From Eledone cirrhosa (lineage: Eukaryota), in the NCBI GenBank assembly GCA_964016885.1, contig OZ024752.1:1550001-1614000 (forward strand): a DNA stretch of 64,000 nt, written 5' to 3'. Under the pieces are notes generated by a model. The model had not been told where the DNA came from and searched no databases. It saw nothing but the letters and a program-made list of their open reading frames with translations. Positions 27,440 through 41,307 of this stretch are shown in pieces (the stretch's first letter is position 1; each line of letters begins with the position of its first letter). The position numbers and the translations under genes are program-made.

Positions 27440-27832
27440 ATCGAGCCGGTTGGGTGGAGCGAGGAGACGACAAAAGTCCAGACGACATAACCATCTTCCC
27501 GTCCCGCGCTGGTAAACCCCTCATCTGGGATGCCACACGTTGTGACATATTATCCAGCGGCAACCTGGTGCTGTCTGCGATTAAGACAGGCTCTGCTGCA
27601 CTTGTGGCAGAGTAGAGTAAACTCTACAACTATCGGTCGCTCTTCGACTGGTTTGAAGTCGAGCCCGTAGCAGTGGGAACTTATGGCTTCCTCGGCACTT
27701 GGACCACCTTCCTACTCAGCACTATCGGCACAGAATTGGCTACCAACCGGTGTGAGCCATGCGAACTAGAATGGATCTTCCAGTCTGTCTTCTTCAAAAC
27801 CCTCCGTGGAAATGGCTTCTCTATACTTATTC
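27440..27832 (+). pseudogene. Restriction-like endonuclease C-terminus of a CRE/R2-group LINE
   Basis: DDKSPDDITIFPSRAGKPLIWDAT..D...GSAALVAE*SKLYNY..L...EPVAVGTYG...LRGNGFSIL matches the RPDG..PW..G..L.WD.T / AE..K..KY / QRGNA pattern. Confidence 0.8.
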
Positions 27833-28493
27833 GAATTGTTATAGGAACAATCGAAGTTAATATATGATAAATATGCATTGGTAGACCTACAATGGTTATG
27901 CGGCTCAACTTAAAAATGCAAGGACTCTGCGGTATTCATTCTGATGTACTACAGAAGGATATATCATGTCACTCTGGTTCAGTTGTTACTAACAAAATAG
28001 GTGAGTTTAGGAAATACACATTCTCTGCGGAAATCATAATTTAATGTTACGTCTTTCTTAAATAATGTAGACTTTACGAAAAAGAAACTGAGAATATACC
28101 ACGGAGGGGTGCTTGTAAGTGATAACTTGGTTATGTTGTTCATGGATATCGTTTATTTAGTGACTGCGCCTAGAAAATATTGGAGGATAGCAAACATAAG
28201 ACAGGATGATAAATATGATTATTAGCAAACGATGGTGATAAAATTGCTCATAAAATTATTAGGATGTTGCTGTTAGTGTTGTTAGTGTTGCTTATGATGA
28301 AGACGATAATGATGAGGACGATGCGGATAGCGTTACTTAAAAGAATTATAGTTATAAGAATAATATTTGTCATGATGATGATGATAAATATATTACTGAT
28401 AATAGTGACGACGCGTCTTAGCATGAGTTTATTAGGAATTTTACGGTGGGTTTACAAAGATAACGCCGACAAGGACGACGACGAAAATGGTGT

Positions 28494-28535
<42 letters not shown>

Positions 28536-29294
28536 GTTGGTGGATCAAGATAATGATGATGGTTATCAATTGAAGGAAATTGAGAAATAAGTGTCTCGAG
28601 TAGGCTACTTGCTATCCGTGTAGCAATCGTTATAGCTGTCAAGAAGATAGCTAGAGAAAGAAAGTAGGATATTATGCATCAAGGCCTAGAAGTAATTCCA
28701 TTGATAGTCACCTGTAACAATGGAAGTTGAGATAGATAATTACAAACAGAATAATCTAAACTACCAGTAAAAATAATTTATGAATAGGAAACCAATCAAA
28801 TTACACCGAATCAGAGATTTTCTTCTTATCATTCCGGAACCAAACTAATCCTAGTCGATTTTACATTTAGCGCACGGACTACAAAAGATCTTCTGATTTT
28901 GGTACAGGCGGATAAAAGATGGGTGTTTGAAAGATATATTGTGTTAGGGAAATGAGTTTATGTCGGAGATAAAATAAAGATTGGCAGAAAATCTGTATGG
29001 TAATATAATAACTCAACTAGCTTAAATTAACTGGCTTATCAATTTCACCCTCATAGAATGAGACGCAGGTGAGTGGGTCAGTGAAAGAAGGCGATTGATT
29101 TTAGCCTACAACTGTTGCCTTAATTATAAAGGTTTTCGTAGTTCAAAGCAATACGTATACATTAGGCGATAGCAACATTTCAAAACAAACTTTCTTTTCC
29201 AGGCGAATGTCTACGTAAAAGATTGAGAATTATAAAGGCATACATAATTATATAGATAATCATACATAAATTCATATTGTAATTTGGTGATGCA

Positions 29295-29335
<41 letters not shown>

Positions 29336-29391
29336 AGAACACATATACACAAACATACGTGCGCGCGCATACACACACACACAAATACACA

Positions 29392-29479
<88 letters not shown>

Positions 29480-29751
29480 TCACCACTACAATAACGTGAT
29501 TCAGAATAGATAAATATACATTATGTTTATATATAATAGTAATATATAATCTCACCATGAGTATTGAAATATATATATTTGATCCCGATATATTGATAGG
29601 GACTAACACTGCCACGAATACAACTGTCTGGTTGTGACAATGTCCATTCTACCATTGTCACTTACAGTTAATTTTAACATCTCTTTAATTATTGATACAA
29701 CATTATAATGATTCCCTATTCATGATTTCCCTCAAGTCAATATTCTTAGTA

Positions 29752-30275
29752 TTGGCAAAATCGAGGTTAGCTTTGCCTTCCATTCTTACTGCGTTGATAA
29801 AGTAAAGTACTAGTAATGTAGAGGGGGGTTGATTTAATCGACTCACTCATCCCTTCAAATTGCATGCCTTGTGCTTAAAATAGAAACGATTATTATTAGT
29901 AGTAGATTGGAACTATCGGTGGAGTGTCGGACCCCGTGCTTTGCAACATAGAGTTATGGCCCTTTACGTTATGTGTTCAAATCTCGCCGAGGTTTACTTT
30001 GCATTTCATCCTTAAATTGCTGGCCTTGTGCCTATAGTAGAAATCATTATTATTATTATTATTATTATTATTTGGCAAAATCGGTAGAGCGTCGGACACC
30101 ATGATTCGCTGCATAGTTACATTCCTTTACATTCTGAGACAAAATCCCGCTGAAGTTAGCTTTGCATTTCATCCTTACGGGGTCGATAAAATAAAGTACC
30201 AGTCACGCACTGGGGTCGATTTAATCGATGTTCTCCCCCCAAAAAATTACTGGCCTTGTGCCTAAACCAGAAATC
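29752..30275 (+). mobile_element. Three head-to-tail tRNA-derived SINE copies separated by (ATT)n tails
   Basis: Copies at ~29752-29888, ~29907-30043 and ~30072-30273, each ending gccttgtgc...agaaa + (att)n. Confidence 0.8.
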
Positions 30276-30284
30276 ATTATTATA

Positions 30285-30306
30285 TTGTTGTTGTTGTTGT
30301 TGTTGT

Positions 30307-30344
<38 letters not shown>

Positions 30345-30470
30345 ACAGTAGTAGTAGTAGTAGTAGTAGTAGAAATAGTAGTAGTGGTAGTAGTGGTAGT
30401 AGTAGTGGCAGTAGACGTAGTAGTAGAAGTAGTAGTAGTGGTAGTAGTAGTAGTAATAGTAGCAGCAGCA
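30285..30470. repeat. (TTG)n/(TAG)n microsatellite
   Basis: Seen directly. Confidence 0.95.
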
Positions 30471-31118
30471 ACAGAGGAATATATCCATGAGGATCTTCAT
30501 GCAGGTTCTTCCTTTTTTCATTAGACTCTGCTCCAATGCCTCTTCTGTTGCACACATCAAATTCACTATTTTCCTGACTATTGTACTATGCTGCTTGTCC
30601 ACTACCCTTATTGTAGTAATATCCTTTTTTCTTGCTAGATATTTTAATCATTCTAGAGACGACGTCCAGATTCTCTCATTATCCGCTGATCCATAGCATA
30701 TGACTCGATCATTATTTAAGGAACATTCCCTGTATACATAGTCAGGTATCTCAGAAATGGGAGCGAGACTAAAACCTTTCATATATAAATATATATAAAT
30801 ATATATACATTCGTGTGTAGGTTTATTTTTTTAACATACACATTCATCTATACACACACACACAGACCAGAGACACATGAGCATATATATCTCTCTCTAT
30901 ATATATATAACGAAGGAAATGTGGTAAGGAACCAGATGGACCATAACGCACCAAAGTACTCAATACTTAGGGTAGTAGAGTGGGTAGTAGGAACGAGTAG
31001 GACCCCGACGGCTGAGCTCAAGCCGTTTCGACGGCTAATTCTGGACTAAATATCAGCGAATTCCGACCGGTAAGGTTGATTTCCATGGTTATGTCATTAT
31101 TTATAAAACAAATTTTTA

Positions 31119-31179
31119 TTTTATCTGATGAAAGCGCACCAAGAATGGCTTGGTCGCCCTTGAAATATATATAATAAAA
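31119..31179 (+). ncRNA. Type I hammerhead ribozyme motif
   Basis: ttttat-CTGATGA-aagcgc-accaag(aatgg)cttggt-cgccctt-GAAA-tatata-TA-ataaaa; stem I extends (atttataaaac.../...gttttataaat). Confidence 0.8.
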
Positions 31180-31222
31180 TAAATATGGTTTTATAAATAT
31201 AGTTTCCATTTATTAATATCTT

Positions 31223-31255
<33 letters not shown>

Positions 31256-31259
<4 letters not shown>

Positions 31260-31974
31260 CGTAAAATAAGAAAATTATAAAATTAACTTACTAAATTTTC
31301 ACTCCAACTAATTAGTTTCTGAAAGGGAATAAACATACTTTCCGAAGAAGCGTACGGAGAAGCCTTTCGTCATCAGGGAAGTCTATTCTCAGCTAAGTTT
31401 CCAGGCAATACGTGGACACAGGGAACTTATACAAAAATAATTCAGTGGATGGAGATAGGCAAAGCGTGGACTAAATTCCAAGCCATTGAGAAAATCACTG
31501 CCTACTGCGTCGGTGGCAAATTCAAAAGAATCAATCATGTGACATCGAGGTCAATCAATGGAGAGTGGTTTTTTAAGAAGACAGCAGCCGGACTGTTACT
31601 ACAGTAGCAGTTTTGGCCAATTTTTGCTCGAGAAATAATTTGGAGATAATTATAAAGAATTAATATATCTAGTAACATACATATACACAGATGCATACTT
31701 ATGCTAGCAAACATATAGGTTTTGTCTTAGTAACTATGTGGTTCAATGCATGGGGATGCAGAACAATAATATGAGTGACGTAACATAAGAAAATTATAAA
31801 ATTAACTTACTTACTAAAATTTCACTCCATTTTAGTAAGTAAGTTAATTTTATAATTTTCTTATCTTACGTCACTCATATTATTGTTCTGCATCCCCATG
31901 CATTGAACCACAAAGTTACTAAGACAAAACCTATATGTTTGCTAGCATAAGTATGCATCTGTGTATATATATGT

Positions 31975-31979
<5 letters not shown>
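31256..31979 (-). mobile_element. ~520-bp terminally redundant element plus inverted arm, in (TA)n
   Basis: 31256-31306 is repeated at ~31775-31829; hairpin ~31670-31979; CTGATGA on - strand at 31370-31376; same family as 57572-58258. Confidence 0.82.
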
Positions 31980-32042
<63 letters not shown>

Positions 32043-32526
32043 GAATAAACAAGAGAGATGAACAGTAATATAAACATACATGTGTTCGAATCGTAAGGAC
32101 TAGGTTAGCTAGGGTAAAAAAATACTAACTACAGCAATATGGTTTGTCAGACTTAATTTTAAGTTAAATTAAGAAAAATAACAGACCTATATCGGGAAAA
32201 CGCCTGGTAACAACTAGTCAGTTTTGAAAACTGTTTCGCAACATCTTATTAAGTGAAGTCAACATGTTTCTCTGCTCCTCACTAGTTGTTGAGAAATTAG
32301 CGATCCTTCCACTTCTAAAAATATTAGAGGACTGAATTGTGTGCGATATGAAATAGCGCACCCGCTTGTCTCGAAATCTCGTGCCACAAAAAATAGCAGC
32401 CTGGTTAACGAGTCATTAAAATTAGATCCACATGATGGAGCCGATAAATATATAGTGAGTTAGAAACTCAGAGTTGTCTCTTACAATTTAATTGTAAGAG
32501 ACTATATATATACATATATAACTATA

Positions 32527-32608
<82 letters not shown>

Positions 32609-32629
32609 TATAGTCCCCAAGTATAACTA

Positions 32630-32662
<33 letters not shown>

Positions 32663-32667
<5 letters not shown>

Positions 32668-33534
32668 TAAGTTAAAAAATGTACATCCATATATGTATAC
32701 TGAAATACTAGTATGCATATGAATACACACACGTATACATATGTAGATGTACCAAGTCTTTCACTGGTTACTTTACTGTGAGTATCCAGCTATTCTGTAT
32801 GTAAACACACAGACAAACCGGTTTTTAGAGTCATACTGGTTTTTGAGGAAACACCTTTCCTCTATTCTCCAGAAAGCCAGACAAGGAATATTGAACTAGT
32901 TTCGTTGTTGTTACAACTCATCAGCAATATTTACCTATCTACCGGCCTTTCTGGAGAATCGTAAAAGCACATATCGTTATATGCTTTTTCTATGAAAATT
33001 AGTAGTGGGTTAATTAAGTGAGTTACAAACGAAACGAAATTTAATTTCGTTTCGTTATTTGTTTTTATCGTCTCCGTTGAACCGGTACATACTCACACTC
33101 TATGCAAATTAGTCTGCCCACTACTAATTTTCATAGAAAAAGCATATAACGATATGTGCTTTTACGATTCTCCAGAAAGGCCGGTAGATAGGTAAATATT
33201 GCTGATGAGTTGTAACAACAACGAAACTAGTTCAATATTCTTTGTCTGGCTTTCTGGAGAATAGAGGAAAGGTGTTTCCTCAAAAACCAGTATGACTCTA
33301 AAAACCGGTTTGTCTGTGTGTTTACATACAGAATAGCTGGATACTCACAGTAAAGTAACCAGTGAAAGACTTGGTACATCTACATATGTATACGTGTGTG
33401 TATTCATATGCATACTAGTATTTCAGTATACATATATGGATGTACATTTTTTAACTTAATTGTTTAAGCGTCAGTCATACAAAAGTGAGTTACAAACGAA
33501 ACGAAATTTAATTTCGTTTCGTTATTTGTTTTTA
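32663..33534 (+). mobile_element. 467-bp terminally redundant hammerhead element with a 347-bp 5' inverted arm, in (TA)n
   Basis: Arms 32663-33009 / 33117-33463 almost identical; 33016-33067 repeated at 33483-33534. Confidence 0.88.
33195..33239 (+). ncRNA. Intact minimal type I hammerhead ribozyme motif (mirror on - strand at 32887-32931)
   Basis: aatattg-CTGATGA-gttg(taacaa)caac-GAAA-ctag-TT-caatatt: 7-bp stem I, 4-bp stem II, palindromic stem III. Confidence 0.9.
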
Positions 33535-33579
33535 TATATATATATATATATATATACATATATATATACATGTATATAA

Positions 33580-33692
<113 letters not shown>

Positions 33693-33822
33693 TATAAATA
33701 AATGTGAAGTCTAAAATCCAAAGAAGGCTCGATAAGGATAAATACACATCATATAGTTAAGGGTGAAAGCATTAATTCTTTGTTTAAACTTTAATCTTTT
33801 ATTTTAATATATATATATATAT

Positions 33823-33876
<54 letters not shown>

Positions 33877-34932
33877 GTGTTTTTGAAACTATGCATATAT
33901 ATTCTTATACAAATTTCTGTGTGTCTGTATTTTTCTGTATGTTTGTGTAAATGTACATGCAAATACGCACCCCAACGCATTTAAATTAACATATATATGG
34001 GATGATTGCCTGTGTATGTGTATTTAATAAAGATGCATTTCTGCTTCTCTCCTGAAAACCGAAGATAATGATTATCATAATATAAATACCCAAGGGACAT
34101 ATCCAATTTGATGAATAGAAAATTGTTCCATGGATTCAACTTAACTAATTGTAATGGGGCTCTTGCAAATATTTGCATAACAGAAAAAAGTTAAAGAATA
34201 TGGTATATATGTGTTTATATATATACCATATTATCAATCATAGTATGTGATGTGTCGGGAGTTCCTGAGTCACATTTACAACATACGCATTTGACAAAAG
34301 AAAAAAGAAAATCTTTCTTTTAACAAATATTGGATTAAAAACAGAAATTTTCCATTAATGTTTATTCATATAGCGACTCTATTTGGAGAAGAGTTTTATC
34401 GTATTTCAAGAAATCAATCTTGTTATCAATGACACATCGGGTAAAGCAAACGTAATGACAGAAAATCATTAATAGATGGAAGTATTTAACATGTTAAATC
34501 TAAATATTTACAAACTCCAACTGTTTTCGTATGATCTAATGTTGGCGCATGGCGTAACAACTCAAAATATTCATGCTCTCTGAATGACATTTTGATAAAA
34601 GTCTCGTAAAAATGATGTAAACATATATAAAAGTATTTTCTTTTGTCTATATGAGAATAACTTACAGTCGAATTTATCAATGAGGACATGCAGAAAGTGT
34701 ACATGGTCTTCCAGCACGTAAGAGCCGAGAATTATTCGATCTATCATAATGAAAAAGAAAGTTACATTTGGAGGTTATGTGAATACAAAGATGTGTAAAT
34801 AAATCGAATATTTGAACAGTTTCTCCGTAGGTTAGCTCAGCAATTTACTAGAGGGGAGAATCTAAAAATATTTGGTCAAATACGCATACATTTCTCTCTT
34901 GCATCTATAACACATAAATGCGTAAATGTATG

Positions 34933-34989
<57 letters not shown>

Positions 34990-34993
<4 letters not shown>

Positions 34994-35411
34994 CGGGTAA
35001 AATTCCCGAGATCCATGGGCGAGTTCTCTCTAGCGGTCTCAGTCCCTCATTATCGCTGCCATGTCCTGCGTCTCCAAGAGACCAGTATCTTTCCTTAGGG
35101 CATCAAAATATGTTAACCTCCGTCTTCCTCTTCCAGTATATCCATGCAGGGTCTCCCACAGGATCACTGAGTGCAGTGTCAACTCTGGATGTCGGTGAGC
35201 ACGTAGCTAATCTCAGTCTCCTCTGTGTCACTTTCGAGCTAACTTTTGGGAGGCTCCCGTACAGCTCTGATTTCTCCATCCTCAGTGTATACTGATTAAT
35301 GTTCAGAGCCAACTCTTCGTAGCTGTAGTGGAGTCTATGCTGCTGTACGGGTCTGAAACATGGACACTGACCAAGAAACTCACTCAGATGGTGGATGGGC
35401 GCTACACCAGA
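34990..35411 (-). mobile_element. RTE-like LINE 3' fragment
   Basis: ELYGSLPKVSSKVTQRRLRLA; homologous to 13406-13672. Confidence 0.75.
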
Positions 35412-35428
35412 ATATATATATATAAATA

Positions 35429-35487
<59 letters not shown>

Positions 35488-35689
35488 CGAAGGAAATATG
35501 GTAAGGAACCAGGTGGACCATAACGCACCAAAGTACTCAATACTTAGGGCAGTAGAGTGGGTAGTAGGAACGAGTAGGACCCCGACGGCTGAGCTCAAGC
35601 CGTTTCGACGGCTAATTCTGGACTAACATTTTTAGTCCAGAATTAACCGTCGAAACGGCTTGAGCTCAGCCGTCGGGGTCCTACTCGTT

Positions 35690-35744
<55 letters not shown>

Positions 35745-36517
35745 ATATATATATATATATATTATTTTTGTGATGTTATACCTTGCGGGAAAAAGCATAG
35801 TTCTTATAATGAAATAATATAAAATGTCATTGCAATATATTTGATCCTAACTAATTATGTTACCATTTTCTGAAACTTGAATGTTACCAACTGTTTTCCA
35901 GCATTTGTGTTTAAGAAATTCATATTTGCTACAAATGTGAATGGTACATTGTTTCTGTTTTTATGGTCACACTAAAACGCCTTGTTATTGTGAGAAATTT
36001 AATATCTCGGAAATACAATGTCTGTAATAAAATGAATCTGATATAACATTTAGCATATATAAAAATAATGGATTCTCTTACGAAGCCGAACATAGATTTG
36101 GTCTTGTAGAGATTTGATACAATTTAAAGATACTAAGTGGGTTATTTAGTTTACAATTATATACATTTACTTGTAAACTATCAGCACAAATTAAGTGCAT
36201 TATCATTATTCAATAATTATAAGTGCGACATTATTTATGTAAGCAATTTTATGTCATGTAGAATTACCAGTTACTGTATAGATTACAGCACTGTAGCCAT
36301 TAACAACGTTATTAGGGAGGCATCAATACATAATTCAAGAAGTTGCCACCCTGCACTCACCACTTCCAACCATCTCCTTCTTGCAATAAAATATACGTTT
36401 GTAACTTTAATTGTTCTAGTTATACTGAATTCAAGTGGAATATAAAGCTACATTTAAATATACAATGCTTGCAGAAAATAGCGTTGAATGCATCGCCATC
36501 TAACAGAAAATAAATCA

Positions 36518-36572
<55 letters not shown>

Positions 36573-37404
36573 AGTGTGTGTGTGCGTGTGTGTGCGTGCG
36601 TAAGTGTGTGTAATCAAATTTATAATTAGTTTATAATTAATTTGACAATAATCTAGAAGTGGAGTAGAAAAGCAAAGTTAGTAAAGAAATGGATTAAGAC
36701 ATATTTAAAGCCTGTCTGAAACTTGGAGAATAATCAGGCCGATGGTTACCCTGGCTTTAGTTGACTGCAGGTACATGACTTACAACTGGACAGGAAGCCA
36801 GTTCACTGCAGGGAAAAACCCCAATTATTGCATGTACATCACACAGATAAACCCTTTATACAGATATTAAACAAAACAAGAACCCCCACAGAAATATTCT
36901 TACCACCAACCCCAAAACGTATAAACCACAGACACAATCCCACTCAACACAAACCAAAAAGATACGCAACCACCACAACATAGGCATCCACAAAAATATC
37001 TCCTACAGAAACCAACCCCAAACCAACACAGAACTGACCCGCAGCATAAACACCACATACTTCAGTAATCAACCCAGTAATCAACCCAGACCACATGAAA
37101 TTCCAACAAAACCTACCCACATTAACAACGATAACCCAACACTACAAAAATCAACCCCATAACATCAACACTATGTATCTTAGAAAGAATCCACCCAGAT
37201 CACATGAACCCATAACAAAACTCTTACACAATAACAACAACAACAGTTACCACCCCCCATCACCACATTAACGCTAATAAAATAAACAACTACAGATCCA
37301 TACAAAACAGACAAGCAGTCTACAATTACACCCAAAATAACTTTCCTTTTTTAGAAAAAAGACTGAAATACACCCGATGACCCCGCCCCCACACTCGTGA
37401 GAAA

Positions 37405-38930
37405 CCGAAGGTAATTAACCTTCCAAAGATATCACTAACTAACACGAATTAACATATTAAATAAGGGAGTGAAATTTACACCCACACCATAAAAATCTAA
37501 CTTCCCCTAAATGAAAGATGACATCATCGAATTCTGCCAGAAACTTAGACTAATAGAATAATTCTCCAATGACACCAACACTGAGGACGAATCAATAGTT
37601 AGAAATAAAAGTGATTTCTGCCCACTGAAAAGGAGGAACAGGAAAGGAGGAACACTTGCAAATAAACACACGAAATCTAACTTCTCAAAACAAGAATGGA
37701 AAGAATTATTCGCACTTCAAAATGAAATAACCATCAAAGAAGCCAATAAAGGGAGTACTGTAGTCATCATGAATACTGACTACTATAGGGACCTGCCACT
37801 TAAAAGCTTAGACGACAACAAATACTGAGAGAAACCAGAAAATTACAAACTAAAACAATTGGGAATCTCCTAGCATTACTATAAATATATCACCATAATC
37901 TAATCACAAAAGAATTTGAATACACAAGCCATTTCAAATGCAAAACAAGTACTTTTTGGGGCTTACCGAGGATCCACAAATGTAAACATATAAAAATGCC
38001 TGTGACACTTCGACTAACAAATATCTATAATTAACAACACCAGAAGACTTAAAACTCAGACTAATTATAGCAGGCCCTGCGTGTGAAACCCACAGATTTA
38101 GCAATTTCCTGGACATCCTACTAAAGCCCTTCCTAAAACATTTAGGGAGTTACATACGGAATGAACTTGATATGCTGAACCACCTACCTAAAACAATAAG
38201 TGAAGACTCTATTCTTGTCTCCTTTGACGTAATACACCTTTACACTAACCTACCCCACAACTATGGAATAACGACAATCCAGTATTGGCTAGACACACAC
38301 CAATCTAAAATACAGAGACGCATCAACAAAATCTTTATTATTGACGGAATCCTATTTATATTACAGAATAATTATTTTACTTTCAATGGTTCAGCATACC
38401 GACAAATCTCAAGTACTGCAATGGTCACGAAAGTAGCACCCACATACGCCAACTTAGTCATGGAATTCCACAAACAACACATCTACAACCAATCCCTTCT
38501 ATTATTCGGAAACTCTTTCCTTACTCTTCTCAAAAACAAGTGGAAGAGATACAAAACTTACAAAACTTAACATTCCTTTTAACTTAGCGAAACGTATATG
38601 CAACATATTACCAGGCCCAACTAAACGGGAACAAAGATTAAATGAACTAAAAACACACTTACCTAAAGAGCCTTCCCACTTGACACAATCAATAACGGAA
38701 TAGACAGAGCAAAACACGTAATGTTTCACCAACTGAACGGTCCAAAGCACAGAACCACAAACAATACATGACCCCAGAAACACCGAAATGTTCGACCACC
38801 TACACAAATACCTCCGCATTCTATTTAAATATGAAAAGATGAAAACAATTCCTAGAATCACACAAGATAATTAAAAGTAAAACGCAACCCAAATCACTAA
38901 AACGCGTTCTCACAGGAACAAATATGCACA
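37405..38930 (+). pseudogene. Penelope-like element reverse transcriptase, degenerate and internally deleted
   Basis: KVINL...LNKGVKFTPTP; TIKEANKGSTVVIMN; LVSFDVIHLYTNLPH; YRQISSTAMVTKVAPTYANLVM; KWKRY; preceded by a C/A-rich region ~36850-37400. Confidence 0.85.
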
Positions 38931-39034
38931 AACCAATTTCCAACACACATATATACAGAAAAATTCCCTCTCCCTAAAAATAATTTTGCTCTGTGAATAG
39001 ACACAACTACCATTAACACCTCACCACCACCACA

Positions 39035-39099
<65 letters not shown>

Positions 39100-39139
39100 C
39101 TATCTCTCTATATATAAAGTTCCATTTTCGATCCACTCT

Positions 39140-39464
39140 TCTTCTCTACCAGAAAGATGAACCGACCTTCTTCAACACTAATTTTAAATTTAAAATGTTT
39201 AATTCTCTTTATTTGCAATATTCAACATTTGCTTAAATGGATTACACTGATACATGCAAACCGGTTATATTTCATATATCTTATATACATTATAAAAGAC
39301 CTTCTTTTTAAAAAAATAGTTCGTCTCATTTTTTCAATAATGTCATTTTGACGAATGAAACAAGACAAAAAAGAAAAACAGTCACTTTAAATACATTTTC
39401 CGTGCCTTTTCCAATTCCACCTTTTCTCTATAACCTCTGTTTTGTATAGAACCTTACACCCTTT

Positions 39465-39470
<6 letters not shown>
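39140..39470 (+). mobile_element. Probable 3' pLTR of the Penelope-like element
   Basis: Follows the RT remnant, ends in (TA)n, and is homologous to 10030-10280. Confidence 0.6.
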
Positions 39471-39505
<35 letters not shown>

Positions 39506-39879
39506 ATAGATTAACAGAGAAAGCTTTAAGCAATACCCCGACCGACTTCCTTCTCACTCAATAAACATTAGGATATAGCTTAGTATAATCCCAATTATAC
39601 GTTTGGGGTGCTAACTATACGTATTTTGCGGATAGCCAGTTGTATTATTTTATATGAGACATAATTAAATACATCCCACTTTCCAAACGATAGTTTCATT
39701 ATAAGGTTTCTAGAAGTTGGTAAAATAATGTCTAGGTTATGTAGAAGCCTACACATAGTCTATAGGAATATATGCAGGTGGGGACTTATAAATCATCAGT
39801 GGATGCCCAACAATATCGATATAAAAAAACCCCCTACCGATATTAACATTCAGCGATGGTACCCGTCAGTGTTAGAGTG

Positions 39880-39906
<27 letters not shown>

Positions 39907-39910
<4 letters not shown>

Positions 39911-40672
39911 AAGAATGAAGAGTAATATGGTTGGCTGTACAACAACGGGCTTTATTTCAGGTATTGACAATTGTTTCATTGATCAGGTGAGTCTAGAGGT
40001 CGTTAACCGCTTGAAGTTGCGTCACTCGGTCTCCATTACATTATTTACCATCAGAATACGAAGATATAAAAATAATTCACTCGAGGCAACATATATATAG
40101 AAGAATAACGTATAATCCAAACAATAACATCAATAATAAAATATATAGAGAAGCTACAAATGTAATAAGTAAAAAGTAAAAAGTAAAAAGTAAAAGATAA
40201 GAAAAAAATACATTAAAAATGGAAAATATAAATAAATAAATAAATATAAAGAAATAAATAAGCATGTAAGTACAGAGTATTCTTGTGGTGGTGGTAAGTA
40301 AGTGTTCTTATAAGGATTCTGTGGTGGGTTTAGTGCTAACATGAAAAGTCATATTAGAAACCTACATAGATACGTGTAGAGAGTCTGATGTGTCAGATAA
40401 AAGACAAAAGAAAAAGCAATAAATTAGAGATTAATTGGGGGATACAAGTATGCGATTTAAGGGCTAAGGGAGGTTTGACCAATGTGTGTGGTAAATGTTA
40501 TGCTGATTGTCTTGTCTTAATGGGGTTAAAGCAGGGAAAGAGGGAGAAAGAGATGTGACGCAACTTCAAGCGATTAGCGACCTCTAGACTCACCTGATCA
40601 ATGAAACAATTGTCAATACCTGAAATAAAGTCCCTTGTTGTACAGGCAACATGTTACTCTTCATTCTTTTAC
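39907..40672. repeat. ~118-bp inverted repeats separated by ~530 bp, starting at (TA)n
   Basis: 39907-40025 vs 40555-40672; contains CTGATCA-at-GAAA-caattg-TC. Confidence 0.8.
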
Positions 40673-40858
40673 TATTATTACTCCAAGTATAACCTGCATA
40701 GGAATTACCGCGAACTCGCTGCCTAACTATGGATACATCTTGTTGAGTTAAACAAAACCGTAGGTTAAGACTATCCACGACGCAGAGTACTCACGACCTC
40801 TAGCTGGATTACCTATAACGATAACTTGTTACCCTGCGTTGTGGATAGTCTATCTCTG

Positions 40859-41307
<449 letters not shown>

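Noticed and set aside
28300-28565. Acidic or hydrophobic ORF 28264-28590
   Set aside because: Degenerate (GAT)n low-complexity tract.
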